Shown here in pieces: positions 10,366 through 20,226 of a DNA stretch of 64,000 nucleotides (within the stretch, counting starts at the first letter, position 1; the number at the start of each line of letters is the position of its first letter). The notes below the pieces were generated by a model. The model was not told the origin of the DNA and did no database searches. It saw only the letters and a list, made by a program, of their open reading frames with translations. The DNA comes from Patescibacteria group bacterium (GTDB lineage: Bacteria; Patescibacteriota; Patescibacteriia; Patescibacteriales; UBA12465). A program made the position numbers and the translations under genes. The stretch spans positions 134,945 through 198,944 of the forward strand of contig JBAZKQ010000001.1 of the NCBI GenBank assembly GCA_041650715.1. Reading direction: 5' to 3'.

Positions 10366-12372
10366 TTAATATTTGAAGATATAAACTTCATCGTCGATAC
10401 TTTGCCAGGAATCGGCTGTTAGTTTTGCGGCCGCGATAATCCGGTCGCTCTGAAACCAATATTTGTTTACAACTAAATAAGATTCTTTAACTCCAGCTAA
10501 AGACCGGGCACTCGCCATGGTCAGAGAGCTGGGGTTTTTGTATACCATATCAAGATAAAATTGATAAAGCGGTCCGCCGGTCGGAATCGGATAGAAAAAA
10601 ATCGGTCCGGTTGGAGAGTCATAATAATGATCAAAACCCAACTCTTGGAGTGCGGCGGCGCTTACTTGCTGGTTTGCCAGAACGATATACGAGCCCGTAC
10701 TCTCGGCAGCGATTAAATTTACGGCGGCAATATCGTTTTGACTTGTGCTATAACCGCGCGAATTAAAATATTTATCGATGCGCGGGTAAGACATGTAAAG
10801 ACTGCTCATTAAAAAAGCTAAGCCGAAAGCAAGCCAGATATATTTAATCATTCTGTCTTGTCTTAAAATGAGGGCAATAAAATCGTTTAGGGCGGCGACC
10901 AGGAAAGGCAAGAAAAAGAGGGTGATTATTATTAAGAGACGGGCAGCAAAATTTGTTTGCTCATAATTAATCAGGTCTGTAAAAACAATTTGACTCGAAA
11001 CTAAATAGGCAAGCGCCAAGGCAGAATTTATTGCGATTAGACTGCGGAAACGGCGCTGGGCTTCGGGCGTTTTTTGGGCTAAGCGGAAAAAGACGAAAAC
11101 GCTGGCGGCAATTCCCAAAATTAGCCAGAGATTATAATTGTAAATAAAAAAATAGACAAAATTAAGTAAGTAATTTTCCGCCCCGGCTGAGTTTAAGGTG
11201 AGAAAAAGATTTTTTAAAGGATCTAAAATAAAATGAAAATTCCAGGCCAGTTTTTTAAAATTACTGCCGCCGGAAATAAAGAGGGCGAGCGGCAAGACTA
11301 AAGCGTTAGTCAAAAAAAGGAAAAATCTTAAAGTATGAAAACGGCGCGGGCTGATTTGCGGTGCGCGGCGATAAAGAGACAGGGCTAAGCACCAGCCGAG
11401 CGCCGGAATGCCGGTTAAGGGATGGATAGCGAGAGTGGCGAGAGCAAGTAAAAATGGCCAAAGCATTTTTTTCTTAGTCAGCCCAAAAATTATTGTTAAA
11501 ATCAGAAAAAGATAACTGAGATTTTGGGGTGTGGTCGCAATAAAAGGAGAGAAAGTTAGTATTAAAATAAAAAGAGGACTGAGCCAGTGACTGATAGTCG
11601 TTGCCGGCCGAGTTGCGGCCTTATCGTCTTCGGTTTTTCTTGTCAGGCGGTAGATGGACAAGGGAAGATAGAGGGCAGCGAGAACGGGGACCAAAAATTT
11701 ATTTAAGAGATAAATCGAAAGACCGCTTAGCTTGTGAATTATGACTATCAGGCTGTATTCGCCGAGATAATAAAAAGGTTTGGGGGTCACCAGACCGTGC
11801 TTATCGATAAGTTCCATCGTCGCTTGGTGGATAAAGGGGTCGTAACCGTAGCCGATTTTATAAATAATAGCCGCCAGACTAAGGCTCAGAAAGTAATAAA
11901 GAGATAAAGCAGATAATTTAAGACCGATATGAAAACGCTGGCGCGTTAAAACATAAATAAGACTTAGGGAGGATAGGGCATAACTAAAATAGAAACGGTA
12001 GTCCATTACTTGCCAGGGGGAAATTAGAGCGCGGCTACTTCGGCTTTTATAGAGGAAATAAAAACTGAGAGCGGAAAAGACAAAAAAAATAAATACGGGC
12101 CAAGCCTCAATCAATTTGCTCAGGATGGCATTAAGCTTAAGACGGGATTTAAGGTCGACTTTCGAAGGATCTAAAGATAAGACTGAAAAAAGATGTTTAT
12201 GTAAAGCCCAAAAACTGGCGATAGTCAGTAATAAGACTAAAATTATTGAACCCCAATTAAGGGCGTATAAATAATAAATTCCGGCGCCATAGATAGCGAT
12301 AAGAGTTATGGATAGGAGCAGGTAATCGAGGAAATTATGGCTAATATAATGGATTATTTTTCGAGTATTCAT
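10366..12372 (-). CDS. Polytopic membrane protein with C-terminal soluble domain, function unknown
   Basis: 668-aa ORF with many hydrophobic segments across about 520 aa, then a roughly 140-aa hydrophilic tail. Divergent from the GT-C-like gene at 12429. Confidence 0.7.
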   Translation of the reverse strand: MNTRKIIHYISHNFLDYLLLSITLIAIYGAGIYYLYALNWGSIILVLLLTIASFWALHKHLFSVLSLDPSKVDLKSRLKLNAILSKLIEAWPVFIFFVFSALSFYFLYKSRSSRALISPWQVMDYRFYFSYALSSLSLIYVLTRQRFHIGLKLSALSLYYFLSLSLAAIIYKIGYGYDPFIHQATMELIDKHGLVTPKPFYYLGEYSLIVIIHKLSGLSIYLLNKFLVPVLAALYLPLSIYRLTRKTEDDKAATRPATTISHWLSPLFILILTFSPFIATTPQNLSYLFLILTIIFGLTKKKMLWPFLLALATLAIHPLTGIPALGWCLALSLYRRAPQISPRRFHTLRFFLFLTNALVLPLALFISGGSNFKKLAWNFHFILDPLKNLFLTLNSAGAENYLLNFVYFFIYNYNLWLILGIAASVFVFFRLAQKTPEAQRRFRSLIAINSALALAYLVSSQIVFTDLINYEQTNFAARLLIIITLFFLPFLVAALNDFIALILRQDRMIKYIWLAFGLAFLMSSLYMSYPRIDKYFNSRGYSTSQNDIAAVNLIAAESTGSYIVLANQQVSAAALQELGFDHYYDSPTGPIFFYPIPTGGPLYQFYLDMVYKNPSSLTMASARSLAGVKESYLVVNKYWFQSDRIIAAAKLTADSWQSIDDEVYIFKY

Positions 12373-12428
12373 ATCATCTTAATAATAGCAAATTCTTGCT
12401 AAAAAAGGCAATTTTAGGTAATATTTAA

Positions 12429-14240
12429 ATGATGAAAATGAATTGGCTAAAATTATCAAATCTCTTAATCGTCAGCCTCCTGGCGCTGATTTTTTTTCTG
12501 GCCACGGCCAGTTTTAACTATTTAACCCAGGATAAAAATTATACAAAATGGACTTCGCCCGACGAAACGGCCAATTATTTTTTTAGTAAGCGCTTTGCCG
12601 AAACGGGTCAATTGGCCTACTTTGATCCGGCGGGTGCAATCGGCGATAACTTAGTTATGCCGCGCAGCCTGCGCAGTGATTTCGGCTGGGTTAAGCCGGT
12701 AAGTTTCCTGGGTATTATTTTAACTTATGGCACAATCGGTGCTTGGCTCGGCGTTGGCATTATCCCTTATCTCACGCCGCTATTCGCCTCGCTCGGTATT
12801 ATAGTTTTCTATTTACTTGTGAGCCGTATTTTTAAAAATGAACGCGTCGGTCTTATTTCTGCCTTTTTGCTCGCGTCTTTCCCGGTTTATATTTATTATA
12901 CGGTGCGCAGCATGTTTCATAATGTTTTGTTTATCGTTTTTTTGCTGTTTAGCGCCTATCTCTTTGCTTTAGCTCTCGGACCAAAACGGCCGACTAAAAT
13001 TTGGGCGGAAATGAAGGCCAAGTTTTTTTCTTTTAAATTTGATAATGTCCGCCATTTGCGTATCTTGGCGGCGGCCGGCTCCGGTTTTTTTGCCGGTCTC
13101 GCTCTTATTACACGCAGCTCGGAAATTCTCTGGCTGGCACCGGTCTTTTTTCTAATTTGGCTTTTTTATGCGCGCCGCTTAGGATTTATAAAATTAATTG
13201 TTTTCGGGGCGCTTTTATTCTTAGCTCTGCTCCCGGTCGCTTATTGGAATAATGTTTTATATCAGAATACCTTTCGTGGCGGTTATAACGAGATGAACCG
13301 CTCGCTTGAGGAAATATCGAGTGCCAGCGCAGTCGTCGTGCAATCGACCTTGAGTGGACAGATTAAGGCTTATAGCGACTACTTCCAAACAATTATTCAT
13401 AATGTCTTCTATTTTGGTTTTAATCCCGCTCAATCGATAAGCATGTTCCGCCATTATGTCCTTGACATGTACCCGGTATTAGTTGGCGTCGGCGCTCTTG
13501 GCGTGCTCTTGCTTTTGATTATAAACATCCGGCACTTTCAGAAAAAATATTTGCTATATATTTTAGTCTGGGGCGTGCTGGGTGTAATTTTGATTTTTTA
13601 TTACGGTTCTTGGAGATTCAACGATAATCCGAATCCGACGCATTTTACCATCGGCAATTCTTATACCCGTTATTGGCTGCCGATTTATCTCATGCTTTTG
13701 CCCTTAGTCTCTTTTGCCATCGTGCGGCTGACGCGGGCTATTTTGCTGATTAACGGAAAAACACCGGCTCGCGTGCGGAAGATAATGGCGGCCGGCCTCC
13801 AAGCGGGGGCGGTTTTCATTATCGGCTTTATTGGCGTTATTTTTGTGCTTTATGGCTCCGAAGAGGGTTTAAGCTACCTATACTATAATAATTTAGCCGA
13901 GCGCGTAAATGCGGAGAAGGTTTTTGCGCTTACTAACCCGGAGGGTGTGATTATTACTCAGTATTATGACAAATTCTTTTTTCCGGAGCGGCGTATAATT
14001 ATGGGCACGCTGCCCAATGACGAAATTTTGACCGCGACCGCGAAGATAATCAAATATTTCCCGGTTTATTATTATAATTTCTTTTTGGATGACGCGGCAG
14101 TCACTTATTTAAATGAGCGTAAATTTTCACCCTATAATTTAGAAATGAAATTAGTTAATAAAGTAAACGCCAAGTTCGGGCTTTATGAGTTATACGCGAA
14201 AGAGCCCGCCAACCCACAAATAAATGAAAAAAATAAATAA
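12429..14240 (+). CDS. GT-C-type (ArnT/PMT-like) membrane glycosyltransferase, putative
   Basis: 603 aa polytopic protein. The first loop carries SPDETANYFF, which is DE-motif-like as in GT39/GT83 enzymes. Assigned by architecture only. Alternative ATG starts at 12432 and 12438. Confidence 0.6.
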   Translation: MMKMNWLKLSNLLIVSLLALIFFLATASFNYLTQDKNYTKWTSPDETANYFFSKRFAETGQLAYFDPAGAIGDNLVMPRSLRSDFGWVKPVSFLGIILTYGTIGAWLGVGIIPYLTPLFASLGIIVFYLLVSRIFKNERVGLISAFLLASFPVYIYYTVRSMFHNVLFIVFLLFSAYLFALALGPKRPTKIWAEMKAKFFSFKFDNVRHLRILAAAGSGFFAGLALITRSSEILWLAPVFFLIWLFYARRLGFIKLIVFGALLFLALLPVAYWNNVLYQNTFRGGYNEMNRSLEEISSASAVVVQSTLSGQIKAYSDYFQTIIHNVFYFGFNPAQSISMFRHYVLDMYPVLVGVGALGVLLLLIINIRHFQKKYLLYILVWGVLGVILIFYYGSWRFNDNPNPTHFTIGNSYTRYWLPIYLMLLPLVSFAIVRLTRAILLINGKTPARVRKIMAAGLQAGAVFIIGFIGVIFVLYGSEEGLSYLYYNNLAERVNAEKVFALTNPEGVIITQYYDKFFFPERRIIMGTLPNDEILTATAKIIKYFPVYYYNFFLDDAAVTYLNERKFSPYNLEMKLVNKVNAKFGLYELYAKEPANPQINEKNK

Positions 14241-15537
14241 AACTTATCATATTATTACCATTGGTTGCCAGATGAATGTCGTTGATAGCGAACGTCTGGC
14301 CGCTTTTTTGGAAGACAAGAACTACCGCCCGGAAAAAGATGTGAAAAAAGCGGGAGTGGTTGTTATTAATACTTGCGGTATTAGACAAATGGCCGAAGAT
14401 CGGGCCTATGGCTTAGTTAATACAATTAAAAAAAATAATCCGGCGGTTAAAATTGTGCTTTCCGGATGTCTAAGTAAGCGGGAAGATGTTAAGAAGCGAC
14501 TTAAGGGAAGGGCAGATATTTTTATGCCGATAAATGAGATGCTTCAGCTCCCTGAGCTGCTTAGCGGCAAGGATTTTGTCCCCGAGTTTAGTTTAGATGA
14601 AGTCCGTTTAAAACAAGGCGAGAAGTATTTAAATATTTTGCCGAAACTCACGAAAACATATACCGCTTATGTCCCGATTGGTAATGGCTGTAATAATTTT
14701 TGCTCCTATTGTGTCGTCCCTTATGCGCGCGGGCGCGAGGTTTATCGGCCAGCTAAAGATGTAATCTCTGAAGTTAAAAGCCTAATTGCCCGCGGCTATA
14801 AAGAGGTCATGCTGATTGCGCAGAATGTAAATAGCTATCATGATAAAAATTATGATTTTCCGAAATTATTATCCGCGGTTGCTAAAATCCCTGGCGATTT
14901 TTGGCTGAGGTTTTCTTCAAGTCACCCGAAAGACATGAGCGATGCCTTAATTAAAGTTATTGGGTCATCAGACAAAATTTGCGCGCATTTGCATTTGGCC
15001 GTTCAGTCCGGGGACGATGAAGTCTTAGAGGCGATGAACCGGAAATATACCGCTGCGCATTATGAAAAGCTGATTGAAAAGGTGCGCAAAGCCAAGCCGG
15101 GAATTGCAATTACGACGGACGTTATCGTCGGTTTTCCGGGAGAGACTAAAAAACAATTTGAAAATACGGCCAAGCTTTTTCGAAAAATTAAATTTGATTT
15201 AGCTTATATCTCTCAGTATAGTCCGCGTCCCGGTACCGTTTCGGCAAAAATGGATGATAACGTAACTCGAATTGAAAAGAAGAGAAGAGAGGACGCGATT
15301 GATACAATTTTGAAGAAGACCGCGCTCGCTCATAATAAAAAATATATCGGTCGGGATATTACCGTGCTTTTGGAAGGAGTTAATAAGCGGGGTAAATATT
15401 ACGGAAAGACAAGCACCTACCAAACAGTTTTGGTTCGTACGCCGAAAAAAGTTAATCAGAAATTAATTGGTACTTTCGTAAAAGTAAGAATTGCTGAAAT
15501 TTTACCTTTTGCGCTTGAGGGGGATTTGGTGAAATAA
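14224..15537 (+). CDS. miaB: tRNA-i6A37 methylthiotransferase
   Basis: 437 aa. UPF0004 N-domain (YHIITIGCQMN), radical-SAM CNNFCSYCVVPYARGRE, and a C-terminal TRAM domain. Directly upstream of miaA. Confidence 0.92.
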   Translation: MKKINKTYHIITIGCQMNVVDSERLAAFLEDKNYRPEKDVKKAGVVVINTCGIRQMAEDRAYGLVNTIKKNNPAVKIVLSGCLSKREDVKKRLKGRADIFMPINEMLQLPELLSGKDFVPEFSLDEVRLKQGEKYLNILPKLTKTYTAYVPIGNGCNNFCSYCVVPYARGREVYRPAKDVISEVKSLIARGYKEVMLIAQNVNSYHDKNYDFPKLLSAVAKIPGDFWLRFSSSHPKDMSDALIKVIGSSDKICAHLHLAVQSGDDEVLEAMNRKYTAAHYEKLIEKVRKAKPGIAITTDVIVGFPGETKKQFENTAKLFRKIKFDLAYISQYSPRPGTVSAKMDDNVTRIEKKRREDAIDTILKKTALAHNKKYIGRDITVLLEGVNKRGKYYGKTSTYQTVLVRTPKKVNQKLIGTFVKVRIAEILPFALEGDLVK

Positions 15538-15569
15538 AAAAGGTCCGCTAAACTATATATATTTTTTTC

Positions 15570-16520
15570 ATGCTCAGTAAAAAGACGAAAATTAGCTTCA
15601 TTAGCGCCAGGCCCAAGGTCTTGGTCATTTTGGGTACAACCTCGGCTGGGAAGACGGGATTAGCCGTTAAATTGGCCGCTAAGCTCGGCGGGGAGATAAT
15701 TAGTGCTGATAGCCGCCAGGTCTATAAAGGCATGGATATCGGCACGGGGAAGGACCTGAATGAGTATATAGTTAAAGGCAAGAAAATTAAATATCATTTA
15801 ATTGACGTTGTTAGCCCGAAGCAGACATTTGACCTATCTAAATACCAGAAATTGGCTTTTAAAGCGATTGAGGACGTATTGTCACGCGGGAAATTACCGA
15901 TTATTGTCGGCGGGTCCGGTCTCTACCTCCAAGCCCTGGTTGATAATTATAAATTAACGAGTGTTAAACCAGATTTAAAGAAAAGAGCTATTTTAGAGAA
16001 ATTAAGCCGAGAAGAATTATTAAAAAAATTGGAGAAAGAGAAGCCTGAGTTTGCCGCACGGCTTAATAATAGTGATAAAAACAATAAACGGCGCTTGGTC
16101 CGTTATTTGGAAATTATTGAAACGCCGGGCGAAGAAGGAAATAAGAAAGGGGAATCTAAATATGATTATTTAGTGACCGGTTTAAATTGTCCGGATGATA
16201 TTTTAAAAGTCAGAATATTAAAGCGTCTAAATGACCGCCTGGAAGAAGGTCTCGTCGAAGAAGTTAAAAGTCTGCACCGCGAGGGCGTTTCGTTCGAGCG
16301 TTTGATTGGCTTTGGCTTAGAGTATAAATTCGTGAGCCAATATATTCAAGAAAAATTTGAGTATGAGGAAATGATTACTAAACTTAATACCGCCCTATAC
16401 CGATTTGCAAAGCGGCAAAAAACTTGGTTTCGCCGCTGGGAAAAACAGGGACAGAAAATCAAATGGCTTAAAGATTTAGGGGAAGCGGAGAAGGTAGCTA
16501 TTAAATGGATAAATAGCTGA
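15570..16520 (+). CDS. miaA: tRNA dimethylallyltransferase
   Basis: 316 aa. P-loop GTTSAGKTGLA, SADSRQVYKGMDIGTGK and YAKRQKTWFRR motifs. Confidence 0.93.
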   Translation: MLSKKTKISFISARPKVLVILGTTSAGKTGLAVKLAAKLGGEIISADSRQVYKGMDIGTGKDLNEYIVKGKKIKYHLIDVVSPKQTFDLSKYQKLAFKAIEDVLSRGKLPIIVGGSGLYLQALVDNYKLTSVKPDLKKRAILEKLSREELLKKLEKEKPEFAARLNNSDKNNKRRLVRYLEIIETPGEEGNKKGESKYDYLVTGLNCPDDILKVRILKRLNDRLEEGLVEEVKSLHREGVSFERLIGFGLEYKFVSQYIQEKFEYEEMITKLNTALYRFAKRQKTWFRRWEKQGQKIKWLKDLGEAEKVAIKWINS

Positions 16521-16524
16521 ATCC

Positions 16525-16553
16525 TTGACATTTAGCATGTTTTATGGAATAAT
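16525..16553 (+). promoter_or_regulatory. Sigma70-like promoter (TTGACA-N17-AATAAT)
   Basis: TTGACA at 16525-16530, a 17-nt spacer, and AATAAT at 16548-16553. About 90 nt upstream of the ggagg-preceded ATG at 16643. Confidence 0.45.
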
Positions 16554-16642
16554 TATTTATTACTTAAATAATGAGTAAGGCCCAAACTCTGCTGGGAAAA
16601 GCGCAGAAAATACTTTAACAACTGTAAAAATTGGAGGTAATT

Positions 16643-17314
16643 ATGGCCACAAAACAACAGGTCCCTGTCATAGCCGCTCGACTGACGGAGTTTCAGGAAG
16701 AATTTATGGATTTGCCGACTGAAGATGCCCAATGGGTTATTATGCACGGCAAAGAAGCTGCCCGTTTATTTGTTGATACGGTTATGAGCCGGATTAAAAC
16801 AAGCGTACAAACAGCCACTTCTATTTTAAGTAAAATTATTAACTATGCAGTTATCCCAGAGACAAAAGAAAAATTTATTACAAAGGATAAATTTAAGATT
16901 GATGAAAACCAAAAAAAATCGGTTAAGATTATAAGCCTTGGCGATAACTTTAAGATGTGGTTTTTAGAAAAAATCGAACAGCCTTTTCCTGGTAGTACTA
17001 TTTATGGACGCAAGATTAATTACAGATCGGTTGATGAACCTATTTTATATGAACTTGGTGGTATTCTGGCGGAAACAACTTTGACTGAAATCTATACCAT
17101 GATGGAACTTCAAGGTAGTGGAGTAGACAACGATTTGTTTGATAATCTTAATGCTAGTATTTTTTATGTCCGCGACGTTACCGGGACGATGCGTGTCGTG
17201 TATGTTCGATGGGACAATAATAATTGGAGTGGATGGATCGTTAATGCTTGCTCTATCGGACTTCTTCGTGGGCAGGAAGTCGGTTACCAAGTTTTTTCCC
17301 ATTTACAAGTATAA
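16643..17314 (+). CDS. Hypothetical protein
   Basis: The ORF track starts at TTG 16631. I prefer ATG 16643, which is preceded by ttggaggtaatt. No recognisable motif. Monocistronic, with its own promoter. Confidence 0.65.
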   Translation: MATKQQVPVIAARLTEFQEEFMDLPTEDAQWVIMHGKEAARLFVDTVMSRIKTSVQTATSILSKIINYAVIPETKEKFITKDKFKIDENQKKSVKIISLGDNFKMWFLEKIEQPFPGSTIYGRKINYRSVDEPILYELGGILAETTLTEIYTMMELQGSGVDNDLFDNLNASIFYVRDVTGTMRVVYVRWDNNNWSGWIVNACSIGLLRGQEVGYQVFSHLQV

Positions 17315-17467
17315 TATTAGTAATTCTCTCGACAGCCCCCTCGACTCTTTCTTTTTTCGCTTTTGAAAATTGAAATTGACCGGGGGTTTTTTTTATTTTC
17401 TGAATAGTTAGTATATAAAAAAATAGCCCTAATGAAAGAGCTATTTTTTAATATTTTAGACGCTAAT

Positions 17468-18973
17468 TTATTTCAATAATTTTTCTAAAATTTCTTTAAC
17501 CATTTTCGGATTGGCTTTGCCGTGAGTGGCGGCCATCACTTGGCCGACGAAAAATTGGAGAAGGTTAGTTTTGCCGCCGCGATAGTCGGTCGCTTGTACG
17601 GGGTTGCTACTTATTACCTTTTTAACGGCCGCTTCGATCTCGTCCGTATTATCCATTTGCTCGAGGCCCATTAATTTCATGATATCGGTCGGGTCGCCGC
17701 CATTATTATACATTTCTTCGAGAATCCTTTGGCCGGCCGAAGAATTAATTTTATCTTGGTAGATAAGGCTAATTAATTCGGCAAAATTTTCGGCCGTTAT
17801 TTTGAGGTCAGTAATTTTTTTATTATCGGCGTTAAGATGTTTTAAGAGTTCGCTCGTAATCCAATTACCCGCAGTCTTGGCGAGGCGCTTTTCTTGGCGC
17901 TCTTCCTCGTCGCCATTCGCTTCAATCCAGGCATCAAGCTCGGAGATAACATTTTCTGTCCAATGAGCCAGTGCTTTATCGCTAATTAAGGTTTCGGCAA
18001 TCTCGGCGCTAAAACCATACTCGCGGATAAAGCGCTCTTTTTTCGCGGCCGGGAGTTCAGGGAGTTCCGCGTTTAAGCGCGCGAGCCAGTCCTCATCAAT
18101 TTTAAGCGGGGGAATATCAGGCTCAGGGAAATAGCGGTAGTCGGCTGAACTTTCCTTAACTCTCTGGCTTACGGTTACCGCCTTGTTTTCGTCCCAACCT
18201 CTGGTCTCAGCAATAATTTCTTCGTCCTTATCAAGTGCCGCTATTTGGCGTTCAATTTCAAAATTAATCGCTTTTTCCACGGCGCGGAAAGAATTAATAT
18301 TTTTAACTTCAACTTTATTATTTAATTTATATCGTTTTAGGGGCTTGATTAGTCCATCTTTATATTCCCATTTTCCCTGGGCCTGCAAACTAATATTGGC
18401 TTCGCAGCGCATTTCACCTTTTTCCATATCCGCGTTGCTAATTTCTAAATAGCGCAGAATTTGCTGATAAGCTTGGCAGAATTTTTTTGCCTCCGCGGCA
18501 TTTTTTATAACCGGTTCGGTGACGAGCTCCATGAGCGGAGTGCCGGCGCGATTGAAATCTAAAAGGGTATAATCTTTATCTTTAAAATGAGTTGATTTGC
18601 CGGTATCTTCTTCAAGATGAACCCGGGTAATCATAATTTTTTCACCATCTATATCCAAATAGCCGTCATAGCATAAAGGCAAATCGAATTGAGAAATCTG
18701 GTAGCCCTTGGGGAGATCCGGATAAAAATAATTTTTCCGGTCAAATTTAGAAAGACGGTTTATTTTTGAGTGCAAGGCGAGCCCGGTCATGAGTGTAAAG
18801 TTAATGGCTTCGCGGTTAGGTACGGGTAAAGTCCCGGGATGGCCGAGGCAAATCGGGCAGACCGTTGTATTGGGCGCTTTGTCCGTTGCGTCGTTATCGC
18901 AAGCGCAAAACATTTTGCTCTTTGTTTTTAATTCGGCATGGATTTCCAGGCCGATAATCACGTCGTATTTCAT
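17468..18973 (-). CDS. gatB: Asp/Glu-tRNA amidotransferase subunit B
   Basis: MKYDVIIGLEIHAEL...NYFYPDLPKGYQISQ...RVHLEEDTGK motifs. The start is set at the internal Met (cat at 18971-18973), so the 27-codon upstream extension that overlaps the preceding gene is dropped. Confidence 0.95.
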   Translation of the reverse strand: MKYDVIIGLEIHAELKTKSKMFCACDNDATDKAPNTTVCPICLGHPGTLPVPNREAINFTLMTGLALHSKINRLSKFDRKNYFYPDLPKGYQISQFDLPLCYDGYLDIDGEKIMITRVHLEEDTGKSTHFKDKDYTLLDFNRAGTPLMELVTEPVIKNAAEAKKFCQAYQQILRYLEISNADMEKGEMRCEANISLQAQGKWEYKDGLIKPLKRYKLNNKVEVKNINSFRAVEKAINFEIERQIAALDKDEEIIAETRGWDENKAVTVSQRVKESSADYRYFPEPDIPPLKIDEDWLARLNAELPELPAAKKERFIREYGFSAEIAETLISDKALAHWTENVISELDAWIEANGDEEERQEKRLAKTAGNWITSELLKHLNADNKKITDLKITAENFAELISLIYQDKINSSAGQRILEEMYNNGGDPTDIMKLMGLEQMDNTDEIEAAVKKVISSNPVQATDYRGGKTNLLQFFVGQVMAATHGKANPKMVKEILEKLLK

Positions 18974-19001
18974 ATGATTAAAATTAACGCTTATTTTCTC
19001 G

Positions 19002-20225
19002 TTAGAATTTTCCGGTGCTGCCGAAGCCGCCGGTCGCGCGCATTGTCTCGTCATCTATCGCTTCTTCACTAATTCTTAAATCAGAAATCGCCTGAATTAA
19101 TATTTGAGCGATTTTTTGGCCCGGTACAATATTGAAAAGCTCTTCACTTAAATTTTTAATTATGACTTTAATTTCTCCGCGATAGCTGGAATCGATTACT
19201 CCGCCCATCGTTTTAATGCCGCTAAAAGCCACGCCGCTTTTGTCCCAAATTAAGCCGACGTAGCCCTCTGGGATAGCCATGCGAATGCCGGTTGAAGCCA
19301 GAGCTTGTCCGTAGGGCGGAATGGAATAATAATCGTTCGCATATAAATCATAACCCGCGTCGCCCAAGTGAGCCTTGATCGGTAATTTTGCTTGGGGGCT
19401 TAATTTTTCAATACGAAGAATATCAATATTATGATCTCTAATTTTTTCGCTTGCGGGAATATTTATCGGAATCTCTTGGGGCTTTTCCGGCTTAATAAAA
19501 GGCGTGCTATTGGCTACGGTAATATCGGTTTGGCGGTTGTCAGTTATAATATCGCCGATGGCCTGAAAACCGGAATAACTATAGGTTTCCTTGGGTTTGA
19601 TTTCAGCCGGAGTAGCACTTTCTCGCGGGCCCTCGAGCAGGCTGCGCACGCTTGCCCAGATTTCTTCATGAATTTCCTCGATTGCCAAATTGGCGTTTAT
19701 TTTCCACCAGCCGTATTCTTCGCGTAGTTTTAAATGGGCCCAGCGGACTTTTGTCATTAGCTCTTCGTCATTTTCATGTTTATGATTATTTTCAATCGCT
19801 TGGCGGAAACGTTCGCCGTCAAAGAGAAAGACCAAGTCTTCGTCGATTAAATGGGAATTAATTTTTTTAAGATAGGACTCATTCACGCCCGCGCCCAGGC
19901 CCCAAGCGATGCCCGTGCCTTTATAATCTTCAGCAATCACGTTAATACCGGCCTTGAGCTTAGCGATTAAATCGCCTTGGTATTGCGTCCGGTTTAAAGC
20001 CTGGATAGTTTGCGCTTCGCGCGGACTTAAATCAAAGGGGTTCCCGGAGCGCAAATAATCGTTGAGAATTTCGCCTGACGGCAAGAGATCATAAATCGCA
20101 TATTTTAAATATTCCGCCTGATAACCGTTGGCCTTTAATCTTTCCACTAATAATTTTGCCTGGGTACTTTTACCGAGGTTATTGATGCCGTAGAAGACGA
20201 TTAATTTTCCGGGATAGTTATTCAT
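19002..20225 (-). CDS. Fusion protein: thymidylate kinase-like N-domain plus dUTPase C-domain
   Basis: 407 aa. N-terminus LIVFYGINNLGKSTQAKLL is a Tmk-type P-loop. The C-terminus carries the trimeric dUTPase motifs AGYDLYA, GVIDSSYRGEI and RATGGFGSTG. A linker of about 100 aa separates them. Confidence 0.85.
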   Translation of the reverse strand: MNNYPGKLIVFYGINNLGKSTQAKLLVERLKANGYQAEYLKYAIYDLLPSGEILNDYLRSGNPFDLSPREAQTIQALNRTQYQGDLIAKLKAGINVIAEDYKGTGIAWGLGAGVNESYLKKINSHLIDEDLVFLFDGERFRQAIENNHKHENDEELMTKVRWAHLKLREEYGWWKINANLAIEEIHEEIWASVRSLLEGPRESATPAEIKPKETYSYSGFQAIGDIITDNRQTDITVANSTPFIKPEKPQEIPINIPASEKIRDHNIDILRIEKLSPQAKLPIKAHLGDAGYDLYANDYYSIPPYGQALASTGIRMAIPEGYVGLIWDKSGVAFSGIKTMGGVIDSSYRGEIKVIIKNLSEELFNIVPGQKIAQILIQAISDLRISEEAIDDETMRATGGFGSTGKF

Positions 20226-20226
20226 A

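Noticed and set aside
18974-19054. N-terminal extensions in the ORF track for gatB, fmt (42777-42938), ybaB (31088-31144), rplU (29473-29505), eno (61922-61945) and pgk (60736-60756)
   Set aside because: The extensions are non-homologous, often overlap the upstream gene or a tRNA, and conserved N-termini begin at internal Met codons.
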